The notes under the pieces: model-generated
What the model was told of the DNA's origin: nothing
The model's database searches: none
Seen by the model: only the letters and a program-made list of their open reading frames with translations
In this document: piece after piece, positions 40,961-53,149 of the stretch
Numbering within the stretch: the stretch's first letter is position 1
Layout: every line of letters begins with the position of its first letter
Origin: Eledone cirrhosa
Lineage: Eukaryota
Reading direction: 5' to 3'
Assembly (NCBI GenBank): GCA_964016885.1
Contig: OZ024741.1
Coordinates: 197,160,001-197,224,000, forward strand
DNA: 64,000 bases
Translations under genes and position numbers: made by a program

Positions 40961-42800
40961 ATGCATGCCTTCTGAGTGGACAGGTGCTTGATCCAAGGTA
41001 GGACAACCTTGATAATGAAAGACAAGTCTAAAGGAACAGTGGTTAAAAATTACCGACCAATAGCATGCTTAAACCTACTCTGGAAAGTATTGACCAGAAT
41101 CCTTGCACAGAAGATTACTCTCACCTCAAAAATCAAGAGTTGCTTCCAGAAAAGCAAAAGGGTTGTAGAAAGAAATCTCAAGGTACAAAGGGTCATCTGG
41201 CAATTGATAGAGTGATTCTGCGGAATTATAAGAAATGGTTAATTAATCTGGATAGATCTGGAAAAGGCCTATCAAATGCCTGGAAATGTGTAAAGTAGCA
41301 CCAAACACTATATCCCTTATCAGAGAAAGCATGGTTGCATAGAGGATGGATCTTTACACCACTGATCAACACCTAGGAACAGTGGAAATAAATAGAGGAA
41401 TTTTTCAAGGTGATTCTTTCTCACCACTGCTTTTTGTAATGGCCCCTTTGTTCTGCGTGAGACAGGGTTTAAGTACAATCTTGTGTGTGAGGGTCCTTTG
41501 TTAAGTCACTGGATAATCTGAAGTTATCTGCTAAGAATGAAAACCAAATCAATTCATAGGTTCAGTCTGCTCATCACTGCTTTAAGGACATTAGAATGGA
41601 ATTTGGAGTTAGAAAATGTGTAGTTTTGTCTATGAGATGAGGAAGAAAGGTCTACAGTTATGGAATAAAACTCCCAAATGAAGAGAACATATCCAAACCT
41701 GAAGACCTAGGATATAAATATCTTGGTGTATTAGAGGCTGAGGAAATCCTTGATGGTCAGATGAAGCAACTAGTGAAAGAAACATACTTCAGAGAAGTAA
41801 GATTACTTGTAAAGACAAAACCAAAGACCAGGGAGATGTTGGCAGGGACAGGGGCAATCTGTAAGGGTGCAAATGTTTTGAGACTGTATGAGTTAAGAAA
41901 GAATAGTGAGATAGGATTGATTGGAATAGAAGAATATGTCACTACAGAGAGGAGAGGCCTAGACTCTTACATTGCATCAGCAAAGAGATACTACTCAAAT
42001 ACGTTGCCAAGACAAAGAAATTAATGAAAGAAAATATGGAAAACAAAGATGACTACAAGAAAAGAGTTGAGAAAGAAAAGCATGAAATGAGAGCGTCAGT
42101 GCCTTTGCATGACAAATACAAGGAACAGACTAGACACCTGAAAACTGAAAGATCATGGGATTAGTTGAGGAGAAGAAATATGAAGAGAGAGAGACAGAGG
42201 GTTTACTTTTAGTTGCCCAGGACTAAGTCCTAAGCAATGAAGAAGTTACATGGACAAAGCAATAATGACAAATGAAGGTTGTTTGGAACAAAAGTGGAGA
42301 ATGTAACACACATTGTAAGTGGCTGTACTTTGCTTGTGTAAAAATATTAGAAGAGACGTCACAAGTTGTGCTTGCACTTGCATTGGTTACTTTGTCAGAA
42401 ATATGGATTCAAAGTGGAGGAGAAATAATATCACCATGAACCAGAGAGTGTAATTGAGAATGACAAAACAAAGATAATGTGGGATCTGACAGTTATTGAA
42501 CACCGGAGACCTAGAAAGTGCTGGATAATTGATGTTGCATCCCTGGGGATCAGAGATTTGAAGAGAAAGAATGGGAAAAGTTAAGGATCTATTCAGAGTT
42601 GAGAATAGACACAGCAAGGTTGTGGAATGTGTCAGAAAAGGTGATTCCTGTTGTTATTGGTGCACTGGGATCAATGCCAAAGAAATTAGAGAAGAAGTTA
42701 GAAGAACTTGGAATACAACCTAACATTTCCTGCCTGCTAAAATCAGCTCTTCTTGGCTCAGCCTATATCCTGCGAAAGGTACTGGCTATCTGCAGTTGCC
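40960..42800 (+). mobile_element. Degraded R4/Dong-like LINE (RT and RLE)
   Basis: NYRPIACLNLLWK, GIFQGDSFSP, degenerate CCHC region, IIDVASP and C-terminal VIPVVIGALG..LLKSALLGSAYILRKVL. Confidence 0.88.
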
Positions 42801-42869
42801 AGACTTGATGGTCAGTTTGTTTACATCTTTCAGGTGGGGTTTGAACTCTGGACACACAGAACCAGAATA

Positions 42870-44490
42870 AATGCTGTCAAGCATTTTCTCCAACACTAAC
42901 AATTCTACCAATCCACCAATAATAAAAATAAAAACAAATTTATTAATCTTAAAAAAAACAAACCAATGCCAGCTAAAAGAAATAACTAACAAAGTAAACA
43001 ACATCCTTGACAAGGTGCCAACTAGAACCATCACAGAAACCAACAATCTAATCATCGCTGCATTGCTAAAGAGTTAGGTCTGAAACAGACTACACAAAAG
43101 CAGATCAATGAACCATGGAGGAGAAGGAGAATTGAAGGGAACATCAAAATGCTTAGGAGAGATATGAATATTTTGGAAAAGGAAAATTTAGGTGAATAAG
43201 AAAAGGGGGAAAGATTGAACAGCTTACAGGGAAGTACAATATCAGGAGAAAGAAGATTATTATGGTAATTGAGGAGCTGAAACAAAAGGTAGTTGCCAAA
43301 GCTGCAAAGATTAAGAGGTATGAACAATGGATCACACTATAAATAGTGTATGTTTCCCACAAAATCAAAAGAGATTTTATCAGGAGGTAAATGGCATGGT
43401 TAGGAATGATAATGTAATCCCTGATGCAGATGAAAGTAAGAAGTTTTGGAGTGGTATCTGAAGTGTAGGAAAATAAAAGTGTGGAGTGGCTGACTAATAT
43501 CAAATATGACATTGGAGATAACAACTGATATGGTAAATATCCAGTGTAGAAAGATACTAAATTTGGAAACTTCTGGCAGAGACAGTGTGCAAGGATCCTG
43601 GTTGAAAAAGCTGAAGGCCCTTCAAGGAAGAATTGCTGAGCAACTGAATAAGATCTTGAATGAAGAGAGTTTGCCAGAATGGCTAACCTTTGGGAGAATG
43701 ACCTTGTGTTTGAAGGACCCCAGCAATGGAAATGAAGTTGACAACTTTAGACCTATCTCTTGCCTCCCTCTTATGTGGAAACTTATGACAGGTGTCGTTG
43801 CTGAGGCAATGTATGAATACCTGGAGGAGACACTACCTGCAGCGCAGAAGGGAGGTAAGAGAAGAAGCAAGGTGACTAAGGATTAATTGTTGATTGATAA
43901 GGTGATCCTTAAAGATTGTAAAAGGAGACACAAATCTTGACATGGACTGGATCGATTACTGCAAGGCTTATGACATGATACCACCTAGCTGGATAGTAGA
44001 TTGTTTGAAAATGTCTGGTATTGTAGTTAACATTAGACAGTTTCTATGAGCAGTATGGATGGTTGGGAGACTGAGCTGACATCATGTAGATAAACATTGG
44101 GAGTTGTGAAGATCAAGTGAGGAATATCTCATGGAGACAGTCTTTCACCTTTGTTGTTTGTACTGCGTATGGTTCCACTTTCAATGGTGTTGAGAAGGTC
44201 AAAGGCTGGCTATGAGTGGTGAGGACGTGAGTTAAAGATGAACCACCTGCTGTTCATGGATGACCTAAACCTTTATGGGAAATCCTATGAACAAATTGAT
44301 TCCCTTGTACAGACAGTTCATACATTCAGTAAGGACATAGGAATGGAATATTTTCATAAAAAGTGTGGGGTGCTACAACTGAAGCGAGGTAGAATTAATA
44401 AAATGGAAGTAATTGAATTACCAGTTAGACAAGTTATGAAGGAATTTCATGACAACAGATATAAGTACTTAGCCATCCTGGAAAATATGA
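42870..44490 (+). mobile_element. Second degraded R4/Dong-like LINE (N-terminal region and RT)
   Basis: [40 protein letters not shown] and YKYL. Confidence 0.88.
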
Positions 44491-44728
44491 TAACAATGAT
44501 GTTGGGATATTACCTTGCAGTTGCTTATTGGTCCTGAGAGTTGCAACCGTTAAGGAAATATTCCAACTATTTAAAAATATATGTGTTTGTCTGTGATTAA
44601 TTTGTGAGTTAATTTGCAATAATTAATAGACCAGTACAACTTCATGCTGATTGTAATTGAGATCTCTGGTGATTTCAGTCTCAGGATTGCTGCTTTTCTC
44701 TGCCAAAACAGAACAAGGGCATCACATC

Positions 44729-46764
44729 TAGTGCTGCTGAAATTGGTACATTTGTACAAATTTGGTACTATTTACCCTTAATTTGATTTTTCTGCACATT
44801 TGGTACCATGTCTGGATTTTTTGGTATGTTTTAGAGATTGTACTTGCTTTGTGAATTTGGCTTAATTTATATTCTAAAATCACCATTTAATGATTTATCA
44901 TTCATCAGCTATAACAACTTTTACCTCAAGAAGCTATCCATTAAATGTATTTGCCCATCAAATCTCACTTCACATCAATATTCTTCTGTGTAGTATTTCA
45001 AATCAGTAGCCAACCATCAACTGTATCAGCCTGGTAGCCAATAATAACACACTATTCACTTACAACCAATCAGTGGACATTTTACTTGAATAGATTCTGC
45101 TGACAATATGCAAGGACATCTAAATATAGATAGATTAAGATGAATTCTTGGAAGACAACCGTCTCAGTTCAGTTTAAGAAGTCGTGTCATGGTGTGCAGT
45201 GTGCTTTGGTAGTGTCACTTTCAGTATCTGAATTGTTTTGCTTTTTTGAGATACATTTTGAATTTATCATGATTCTAATATCATCATTCTAATAGTGACG
45301 AAAATGATACTCCTCAGAAGAAAAAACTGAAATCCACTTTCTATGGAAGAAAATTTCTATCAAAATTATTAAATGATGAGAAATTTCTTATCGTGGTTGG
45401 AATTGAGTAAATTAAACACAAGTAAAGGCTACAGTAAATTGTGAAATAGTTGGTAACTTAAGTCAAATAGTAAGGCATGAAGAGACAGAAAAACACCAAA
45501 AGAATGCGAAAGTAGTGAAATACACAGTGAAGGTGACAGATTTAATAAAGACTGCTCAATGTTCTAATCACTTAACAAAAATAACATCAGCTAAGCTGAA
45601 ACTGTGGATCTATTGCTGAACAGAACCTACCCATTGCTATTTTGGATCATTTACCTGGCCTTATTTCCAACATGTTCTGATTAAAAAATTGCCAACTAAA
45701 GACAGTTGTATTTTTTTCAAATGTGATCAGTCCCCATACTTTCAATGATTTACTGTCTAAGCTAGATTCAGCAAAGTCCTCCTCCCTTATAGAAGCTGAA
45801 ACAATGGACATTTCTACCACCAAGCAATTTGTTCTAGTAGCTTTAGACTTGACCAACATTATTGACAGTAGACCAAAACCGATCATGCCATTGGCAATGA
45901 AATTTTCCAACCTTGTGCATGAAGACTAATATCAATAAATAAATAGAGAATGGAGGGTATTGACCCTGTAAGATGCATCTCTTAATGCACAAAATGAGTC
46001 TGTCAAATACCAGTTTCTTATTTCTCAAGAAAAACATGATGACATATATCGCTACCAGTTACTATCTATGTTCATGATACAACTTCTTTCATTGCCACAT
46101 TCTTCAGCAGCTACAGAAAGAGTTTGTTTCTTCTCAACAACATAATAGCAAAAGACCACAATGCTTTAGAAATATCAACATGAAATGCCTAGCTAAGATC
46201 AAAGTCTCAGCAACTTTGTCTCAAACTGCAAGACACTAGTACAGCAAGAAAAAGTGTAGAAGAAGACATTTCTTTTTAATGAAAATATATTAAGTAATTA
46301 TAAAACATTAAAAAAAATTTGTGGGGTTTCATCATCATAGTTTAATGTCTATTTTTCCATGCTAGCATCGGTTAGATGAGTTGTGAGACAAGTCAGCTCA
46401 GATGACAATGTCTTGTTCATACAGAACTGTTTCTAGCTTGGTTTCTACAGCTGGATGCTCTTCCTAACACCAATCACATTTACAGTGTGGCACTTTTTGT
46501 CGTGTCCCTAATGCGACCAGTTTACAGTGTGAACTGAGGGGGGGGGTGTATGTATGTAGGGTGGGGAGTGGAGAGGTAGGTCTAGGGTAGGACACTTAGC
46601 TGGAGAAGGGTGGAGTATTAGGATGTGGGTGAAGGGTGGTGTTTCAGGATGTGGGAAGTATATGGAAGGGGGGGGGGTAATTGGATTTGGTATGCTTTTG
46701 TATATTTTGGTACTTTTTAAACAAAATATTTTGTACTATTGAGAAAAAGATTTCAACAGGCCTG
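44729..46764 (+). mobile_element. Old hAT transposon, internally deleted, with nested SINE-B
   Basis: 8-bp TSD ATCACATC (44721-44728) / ATCACACC (46765-46772), degenerate TIRs, TTTGGTAC subterminal repeats at both ends, and the hAT C-terminal motif LLSLPHSSAATERV at about 46083-46124. Confidence 0.8.
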
Positions 46765-47029
46765 ATCACACCCAAGGAAAGAACTCTATGAGTTGTAAAA
46801 GTAGATGTGATGGATATCATAGGCTGTTCTTTATGGCAGCACTTTTGCCATCTTGTCTGCAAGGGTTAGCTGAAATAAGTTATTCAACAAACATGTAGAA
46901 TTTTTCCCTTCTTTTCTTTGTTCTCTTTTTCTTTTTTTTCTTGTTTGTATTTTTGTGGTGTATATTTGAAAAACGTAAATATTTTTCTTTTAAAAAAAAT
47001 CTGAGAGACACCATCCTCCTTTTCCTCAT

Positions 47030-47220
47030 CCCAATTCTCATCATCATCAACACCATTACAACCACTACCAACCACCACCAACACCATCATCATCATCATC
47101 ATCATCACCATCATCCTCATCACCACCCTCACCAATATCAATCATCCTAATTCTCATCATCCCTATCAACCTTATCCCCATCATTATCAACACCATGATC
47201 TTCATCATTTTCATCACTAT
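47030..47220. repeat. (CAT/CAC)n degenerate microsatellite
   Basis: Direct inspection. Confidence 0.9.
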
Positions 47221-47601
47221 TGTTATTTACAGTTCATTTCTCCATGCTAGCTTCAATAACTGTATTCTGGAATGACCTCTATTTTATGTATTTACTTTTG
47301 CCATTTTTCTATTTATAACTTTTTAATTGCTTAATCCCCATCTCCTGTATAATTAAATGAAAGCTGAATAACAAGTTTTTGCATAAACAACCCTTGAAAT
47401 GTGTGATTTGTTTTTAATTATTTTTCTGGAAGGTTTTGCCAGAAATGTCCCATATACAGCACGCTCATATTATATGTATGTATTTGTGTGTGTGAGTGTG
47501 TGTGTGTGTTTGTGTGTGTATACCAACCCTTGCCAGCAGTGAAAGTGGATGTTAAATGATGATATATATATATATATATTATATATATATATTTATATAT
47601 A

Positions 47602-47984
47602 TCATCATCATCATCATCATCATCGTTTAACGTCCATCTTCCACGCTTGCATGGGTTTGGACGGGAGTTTTCCCACTTGAGGCAAGAGTGGTTGTCCTGC
47701 TCGTATAGGACTGTCTGGCGGGTTTTCTACGGCTGGATGCCCTTCCTAACACCAACCACGTTTACAGTGTGGGTCTGGGAGGTTTTTACCGTGTTACCTA
47801 CACGGCCACAGTACAGCATGGACTGTGTGTTTTTTTGTCGTGACACCTACACGACCTCATTTGTTTCGGACAGGCGAGCAAGACAACCACTCTTGACTCA
47901 AGTGGGAAAACCCCCGTCCAAACCCATGCAAGCGTGGAACAGGGACGTTAAACGATGATGATGATGATGGTGATGATGATGATA
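47602..47984. mobile_element. Head-to-head fusion of two RTE 3' UTR fragments in a (TA)n tract
   Basis: 47602-47870 is a minus copy with an (ATC)n tail on the left. 47874-47984 is a plus copy with a (GAT)n tail on the right. Confidence 0.9.
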
Positions 47985-50169
47985 TATATATGTGTGTGTG
48001 TATATATTAATATTGTATATCTATGTGTGTGTATGTTTGTGTGTGTGTGTGTGGTGTGTATGTCTATATATATGTAATTGAAGTTTATGTTGTTTTATTG
48101 ATCTTTCCTGTGCTAATCATCATTTGTGGTATTTTATTTGTACCTAGATCTTGGCACAAATATTGACTACTGATTTAAGTGATTTGAACCTGGTGTTCAT
48201 TTGAATAGTGTTATATATTATTTACATCCCTGATAAGAATCTTTGTAATTAATAGATTTTAAATAATTGTTTGAAATACTTTATTTATGTACTTCACACA
48301 ACATAATGTTTGTGAGTAATCTCAGATTTTGTTTAAGCTTTATGATGTCTAGTTCAGTCAAGTATTTTAGGAAGCTATAGTTCTTCCTAATATATCTACC
48401 AGATATAAAAGTGTTAATATTGCTTTGAAGGGACCAGCAGACCATGTTTCCTAGTAACAGGAAATGCATAGCCAATCTAGAGATCCTGTATTTCTGCTCT
48501 TTATGGAAAGGCAAGGGGATGGGGCCCATACTCAGATGGTCTATCTACTGCATGCACATGCTCAACATATTTCTTGTGCTCCCTGCTTCTCACAACATTA
48601 CTCCTCTTTTCAACACCTGGTCTCTCGCAGCAAGTAGCTGCCTATTACTGCATTCTGTTACTTTCTCCTCTACCACCTTCTTGTTCCTATCACTCTGTCT
48701 TCCATCACATTCATATTCACACCTATACTCTCACATCTATGTTTCCATCACATTCATACTTTTACACCTGTGCTCCCAACTTATACTCTCACACATATGC
48801 TCTCTCTTTTCTATTCATTTATCACACTAATACTCACACCACACTCATACTTATGCTCTCTCTCTCTTTCTCTGCTATTCCTCCATCACACTCATAATCT
48901 CACTCCTATGCGACCAATTTTATTCACTCATCACACTTGTATTCATACTGTCACATATATCCACCCTCTTGGTCATATTTGACTTGAACATGCAGGAACA
49001 TCGTAGAGTAGACTCTTTAGTCATGTACAGGACAAGGCAGTCTCTCTTGTGTTGGTTCCATGATTAAATGTACCATATACAATCTGTAATGTGGTTGGCA
49101 AATGAATGAAGACAACACATGTAGGAAGGACTCTTTAGTCTTGTTAAGGATATGATAATCTCTTTAGAGCTGGAGCCATGATAGAATCTACCAGTACAAT
49201 CTGTAAAGGGGTTGGAGTTAGGAAGGACATCCAGTCATAGAAATCATGCCAAAAGGGAATATACAAGCAAGATGTGGTTCTCCAACCTATCACAATCAGC
49301 ACTAACTCTGAGGAAGAAATGACTCAGACCATAATGACCTGTTCAATCCATGCCAGCTTATATTTAATGTTAAGCAATTGTATTTAGTATGTATCTTTTT
49401 ATAGCAAGACTTCAATGAATGCATAACTGTTTATTCAAAATTGTAGCTAGCTTACTTATCATCATCATCATTTTAACATCTACTTTGCTTGCTAGCAAGC
49501 GTTGGTGGAGTTTCATAGACCAAGTCAGTAAGGAAGTAGTGCTACTGATCTTCCAGACAAGCCAAGGATCTGTCATCTTGCTTATGTATGGTCTCACATT
49601 CTACTGAGTGCACAGGGGAGGTTGTCCTGTCTTTGACACAACCAAATGTCCTCCTAACCCTTTCTTTGTCAAGATTTCTGTGGCTGGATGCCCTTCCTAT
49701 CACCAACCACTTTACAGCATGTACTGGGTGTGTTTATCATGTAGATCACCAAATGCTAGGGAGGTTGTCATGTCCTTGACATGACTGAAGAGACCTCCCA
49801 AACCCTATGTTTGTCAAGCTATCCACGTCTGGCTGCCCTTCCAATCATCAACCACTTTATGGGGGGCAGTAGCTAGGAATGTGTGTAGGGGGTATAGGGT
49901 GTGTGTGGTGAGGAGGTGTAGTGGTGTTGCTTTTTTTTATTCCCTTACATATGACATGAAGAAAGCATTTTTCATATAAAGAGTCAATTTATATATTTAT
50001 GTATGAATATACAAACAAATTATGATTGTTTTACAAATACACTTATATATATATAACTATATCCTTATAAAAAGGAAGTTTGTTTGTACATTGCCTGCTA
50101 ATAACACCAAATAAAATTAATAATAATTAAAATTTTTGTGTGTTTTCCATTAATCTGACCTCCATCAAG

Positions 50170-51176
50170 CTCGCTGTCAGTTACATCAAGAATTGTTGAT
50201 GATATCTAACCTGAAAACCAATGTGGTTTCTGGAAGGTTGGGATACTATTAACATGATTTTCTCCCTTTTCCAGGTTGCGGAGAAGGTTCATGTAAAGAA
50301 GCAGGAACTGTTTATGGTTTTTGCCGACTTGATCAAAGCCTTTAACACTGTTAATTGTAAAGCTCTCTGGAAAATCCTCAAAAGTCTTGGCATACCTGAC
50401 AATATGCTAAATGTCTTTTCACAAGGGCATGAATGCATCAATTATGTCAAATAGTGAATGTTCTGAACCCTTTGGTGTTACAAATGGTATGAAACAGGGT
50501 TGTGTCATGCTTTCTGTTCAGGTGTCAGATTTGAATTCTGTACATCAGGTGGGTTATTCAACCATCAGCGCTTTAAGGCTAAAACACTTATACAAACAAG
50601 TGTTATTCATCATTTACTGTTTGCTGATGATGCTGCACTTGTTGCAACATCCCTTGAAGAGGCACAAGAATTGATGAACTGCTTCTCACATGCCTGTAAG
50701 GCATTTGCTTTAACAATCAGCATTAAAGAAGCCAACCACTTCCAGATAAGTAGATGTTGGGCAAGGATAGCTGGGGATTGGGTATCTCCATGTTTCCATC
50801 ACTGTTGACTGGCAAAGATCTGAAGTATGTGAACCCCCTTACTTACCTTGGCAACAAGGTGAACCATTCTGCATCCCTGGATGATGAGATTGTCAATCGT
50901 GTCTCCAAAACAACTTATACCTATGGCAAACTACATCACTGTCTATGGGGTGTCAGAGCTATATTCCTGAAAATGAAAGTTGCAGTTTATCATGCAGTGG
51001 TACTGACAACACTTTTATATGGGTTGGAATCATGGACACGTTATCACATCCTCATTCATCAGCTCGATGTCTTCCACAAACAATGTCTTTGCTCTATCTG
51101 TGGTTATGCACTTTCTGACAAAATCTCCAATGCTGATCTCTTCACAAGGTGCAACATTAGTGGGATTGAGTACTGA
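50170..51176 (+). mobile_element. RTE/BovB-like LINE RT fragment
   Basis: FADLIKAFNTV, GMKQGCV, LLFADDAAL, TYLG and LLYGLESWT. Confidence 0.88.
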
Positions 51177-51256
51177 TTTGATTGGAAAATAGTTTCTTTG
51201 AGCCCGATAACTAACTGGTCATTCATAGCAATCAAAGAAACTATCAAGGACTCACC

Positions 51257-51420
51257 ATGGAAAGATATTTGAAACCAGACAGACTTAATACTGACCTTAA
51301 CACAACAAATGCAGATAAAACTTTCAATAATTGGCTGAGGACATTTACCAGCTTTATAAACTCATTACCAAGTGATGAGGGTAGAACTGTCAATAAACTT
51401 AATTCACTGATCAATTATCC
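51257..51420 (+). mobile_element. Gypsy-like gag N-terminal fragment
   Basis: MERYLKPDRLNTD..ADKTFNNWLRTFTSFI..NKLNSLINY resembles invertebrate Gypsy gag starts (recall only). Confidence 0.55.
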
Positions 51421-52511
51421 AATCTTAGTATAAAACAAGTCTGAAATCAGCAATAAAAACATCACCAAAACAAAATTACACCCATCATGACTGACAACGT
51501 GCATGCTCTCTATCATGTTAATGGAGGTCACTGAAAGCATAGCAATTTTTCATTGCATACATATATACATATCATCATCACCATTATCATCAGTCATCTG
51601 TAGATGAAACTATATCATCTTTCACTCTCTGCCTCCAAATCTGAGAATTTATACCAGTATCCTCTCTGAGCATTTTTGGAAAGATTTTCATTCCTGCTCC
51701 TCTGTGCTGGCTACTTCCAGATGGTGACATGATGATAAAAGCTTAGAAACCAGCTGGTCCCAGCTGTGTGCCAATGGCCAGCAAAACATAATCTTCTCTG
51801 GTATCTGATAGCCATGGCAGGCCTTGCTATAGCTCTCTATTGGCTATATGATCTTGCCAGCTGATGTTAAAAAATTTTCTTGATAGCTTAGTATATAATC
51901 CATCCATTTTTATTTCCAGGTTTCTCAAAAACAACCTTATCTTCTAACAACCATTGATAAATACCCACTGTTTCTGTTTGGTTATCCAGTATCAAAATTT
52001 AGTTTAAAATGAACAAAACCTGCCAATGACGGGCTAATCCAGTTCCATCGTGGTGGTGCACACCTGTATTGCATATGCATTATGCAACTTGTGTAACTTC
52101 CAGGGGTCCTAGAAACCTATCTGAGATTTTTATTGATTGTATTGATTTTAATCAACAAGAGTAGGTCCAGGTTAGTTTCAACCTTTCTGTATCTATCGTT
52201 GTGGTATATGTATGGCCACTGCCTTCGGTCATTTTTATTGGAGTCACACTTTTTAACTGTTGCGTTTAATCTGGACGATAATGTATTAACTTTTCACTCC
52301 ATTGAGTGCTTTGTGATTGCCTCAAACAAATCGAAGAGTACATGCTGTACGGCAGCTACAACTGTCAGTTTGTACCTAATATAATATATATATGTTTATC
52401 TATAACATCTCTATCTGACGACCGATCCAGACGTATATATTATTATCGTCTGTAATCCAGAAACCTTTGGTAATGGAGTAGTTATATTTTGTGTTGTTCA
52501 CTCTCTAATTA

Positions 52512-52555
<44 letters not shown>

Positions 52556-52638
52556 AAAGGTAAACAGAAATAACAACACAATCGGTACAGTATATGGAAG
52601 GGATATATTAGGTTAACGCTTGATATAGCAGGAAGGGG

Positions 52639-52674
52639 TCTTAACATTTCGAACGCTAGTCCTTCATCAGAAGA
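52639..52674 (-). ncRNA. Minimal type I hammerhead ribozyme motif (Penelope-like)
   Basis: Minus strand reads TCTT-CTGATGA-A-GGAC TAGC GTTC-GAAA-TGTT-AAGA: catalytic core, 4-bp stem II, stem I TCTT/AAGA and a vestigial stem III (AATGTT instead of palindromic AACGTT). Confidence 0.7.
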
Positions 52675-53149
52675 AAGAATGAGAAATAAGATAGATTGAG
52701 GGGATGGGGGGGGGGGGGGGGGTTGAATTGGCAAAAATGTCTTTAGATAAAAATAACAGATCCATTCAGAGGTCATACAGCCAATCAAAATATATGCACC
52801 TATTAAGTTTTATAAATCAAATAATTAATCCACTAATCAGTTGATTAACCAACTAATTAATTAACTTAATTTGTGTATTGAACTTCTTTTATTACAGCTT
52901 GTGACCATACTGCCTCCTCTTTGTTGACACTTTATTTTCTGTTTGTCCAGCATTAAAGAGGTTGTCATGTGATGCAGCAAGACTAAACCATCCTCTCTAC
53001 CATTGTCTCTAATTCCAGGGTGTATTGAGTGCATTTTAACATTGACACCAGCACTAGAGAGGTTGCCTTGTCTCTTGCAAGGCAAACAAAAAGCACAGAA
53101 TAAGTGTATTAAATGAAAATGGGGTGCAAAGGGAAATAGTTGTTAATAT

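Noticed and set aside
44640-46900. Open frame across the empty site of the old hAT element
   Set aside because: About 65 codons on the plus strand, but no start or splice support and no recognisable protein.
46880-47150. Poly-His and poly-Met ORFs
   Set aside because: Translation of a (CAT)n microsatellite.
23990-52300. Recurring in-frame TGA in coding-like frames as selenocysteine or recoding
   Set aside because: No SECIS recognised, TAG stops and frameshifts also occur, and CGA>TGA decay or true termination is simpler.
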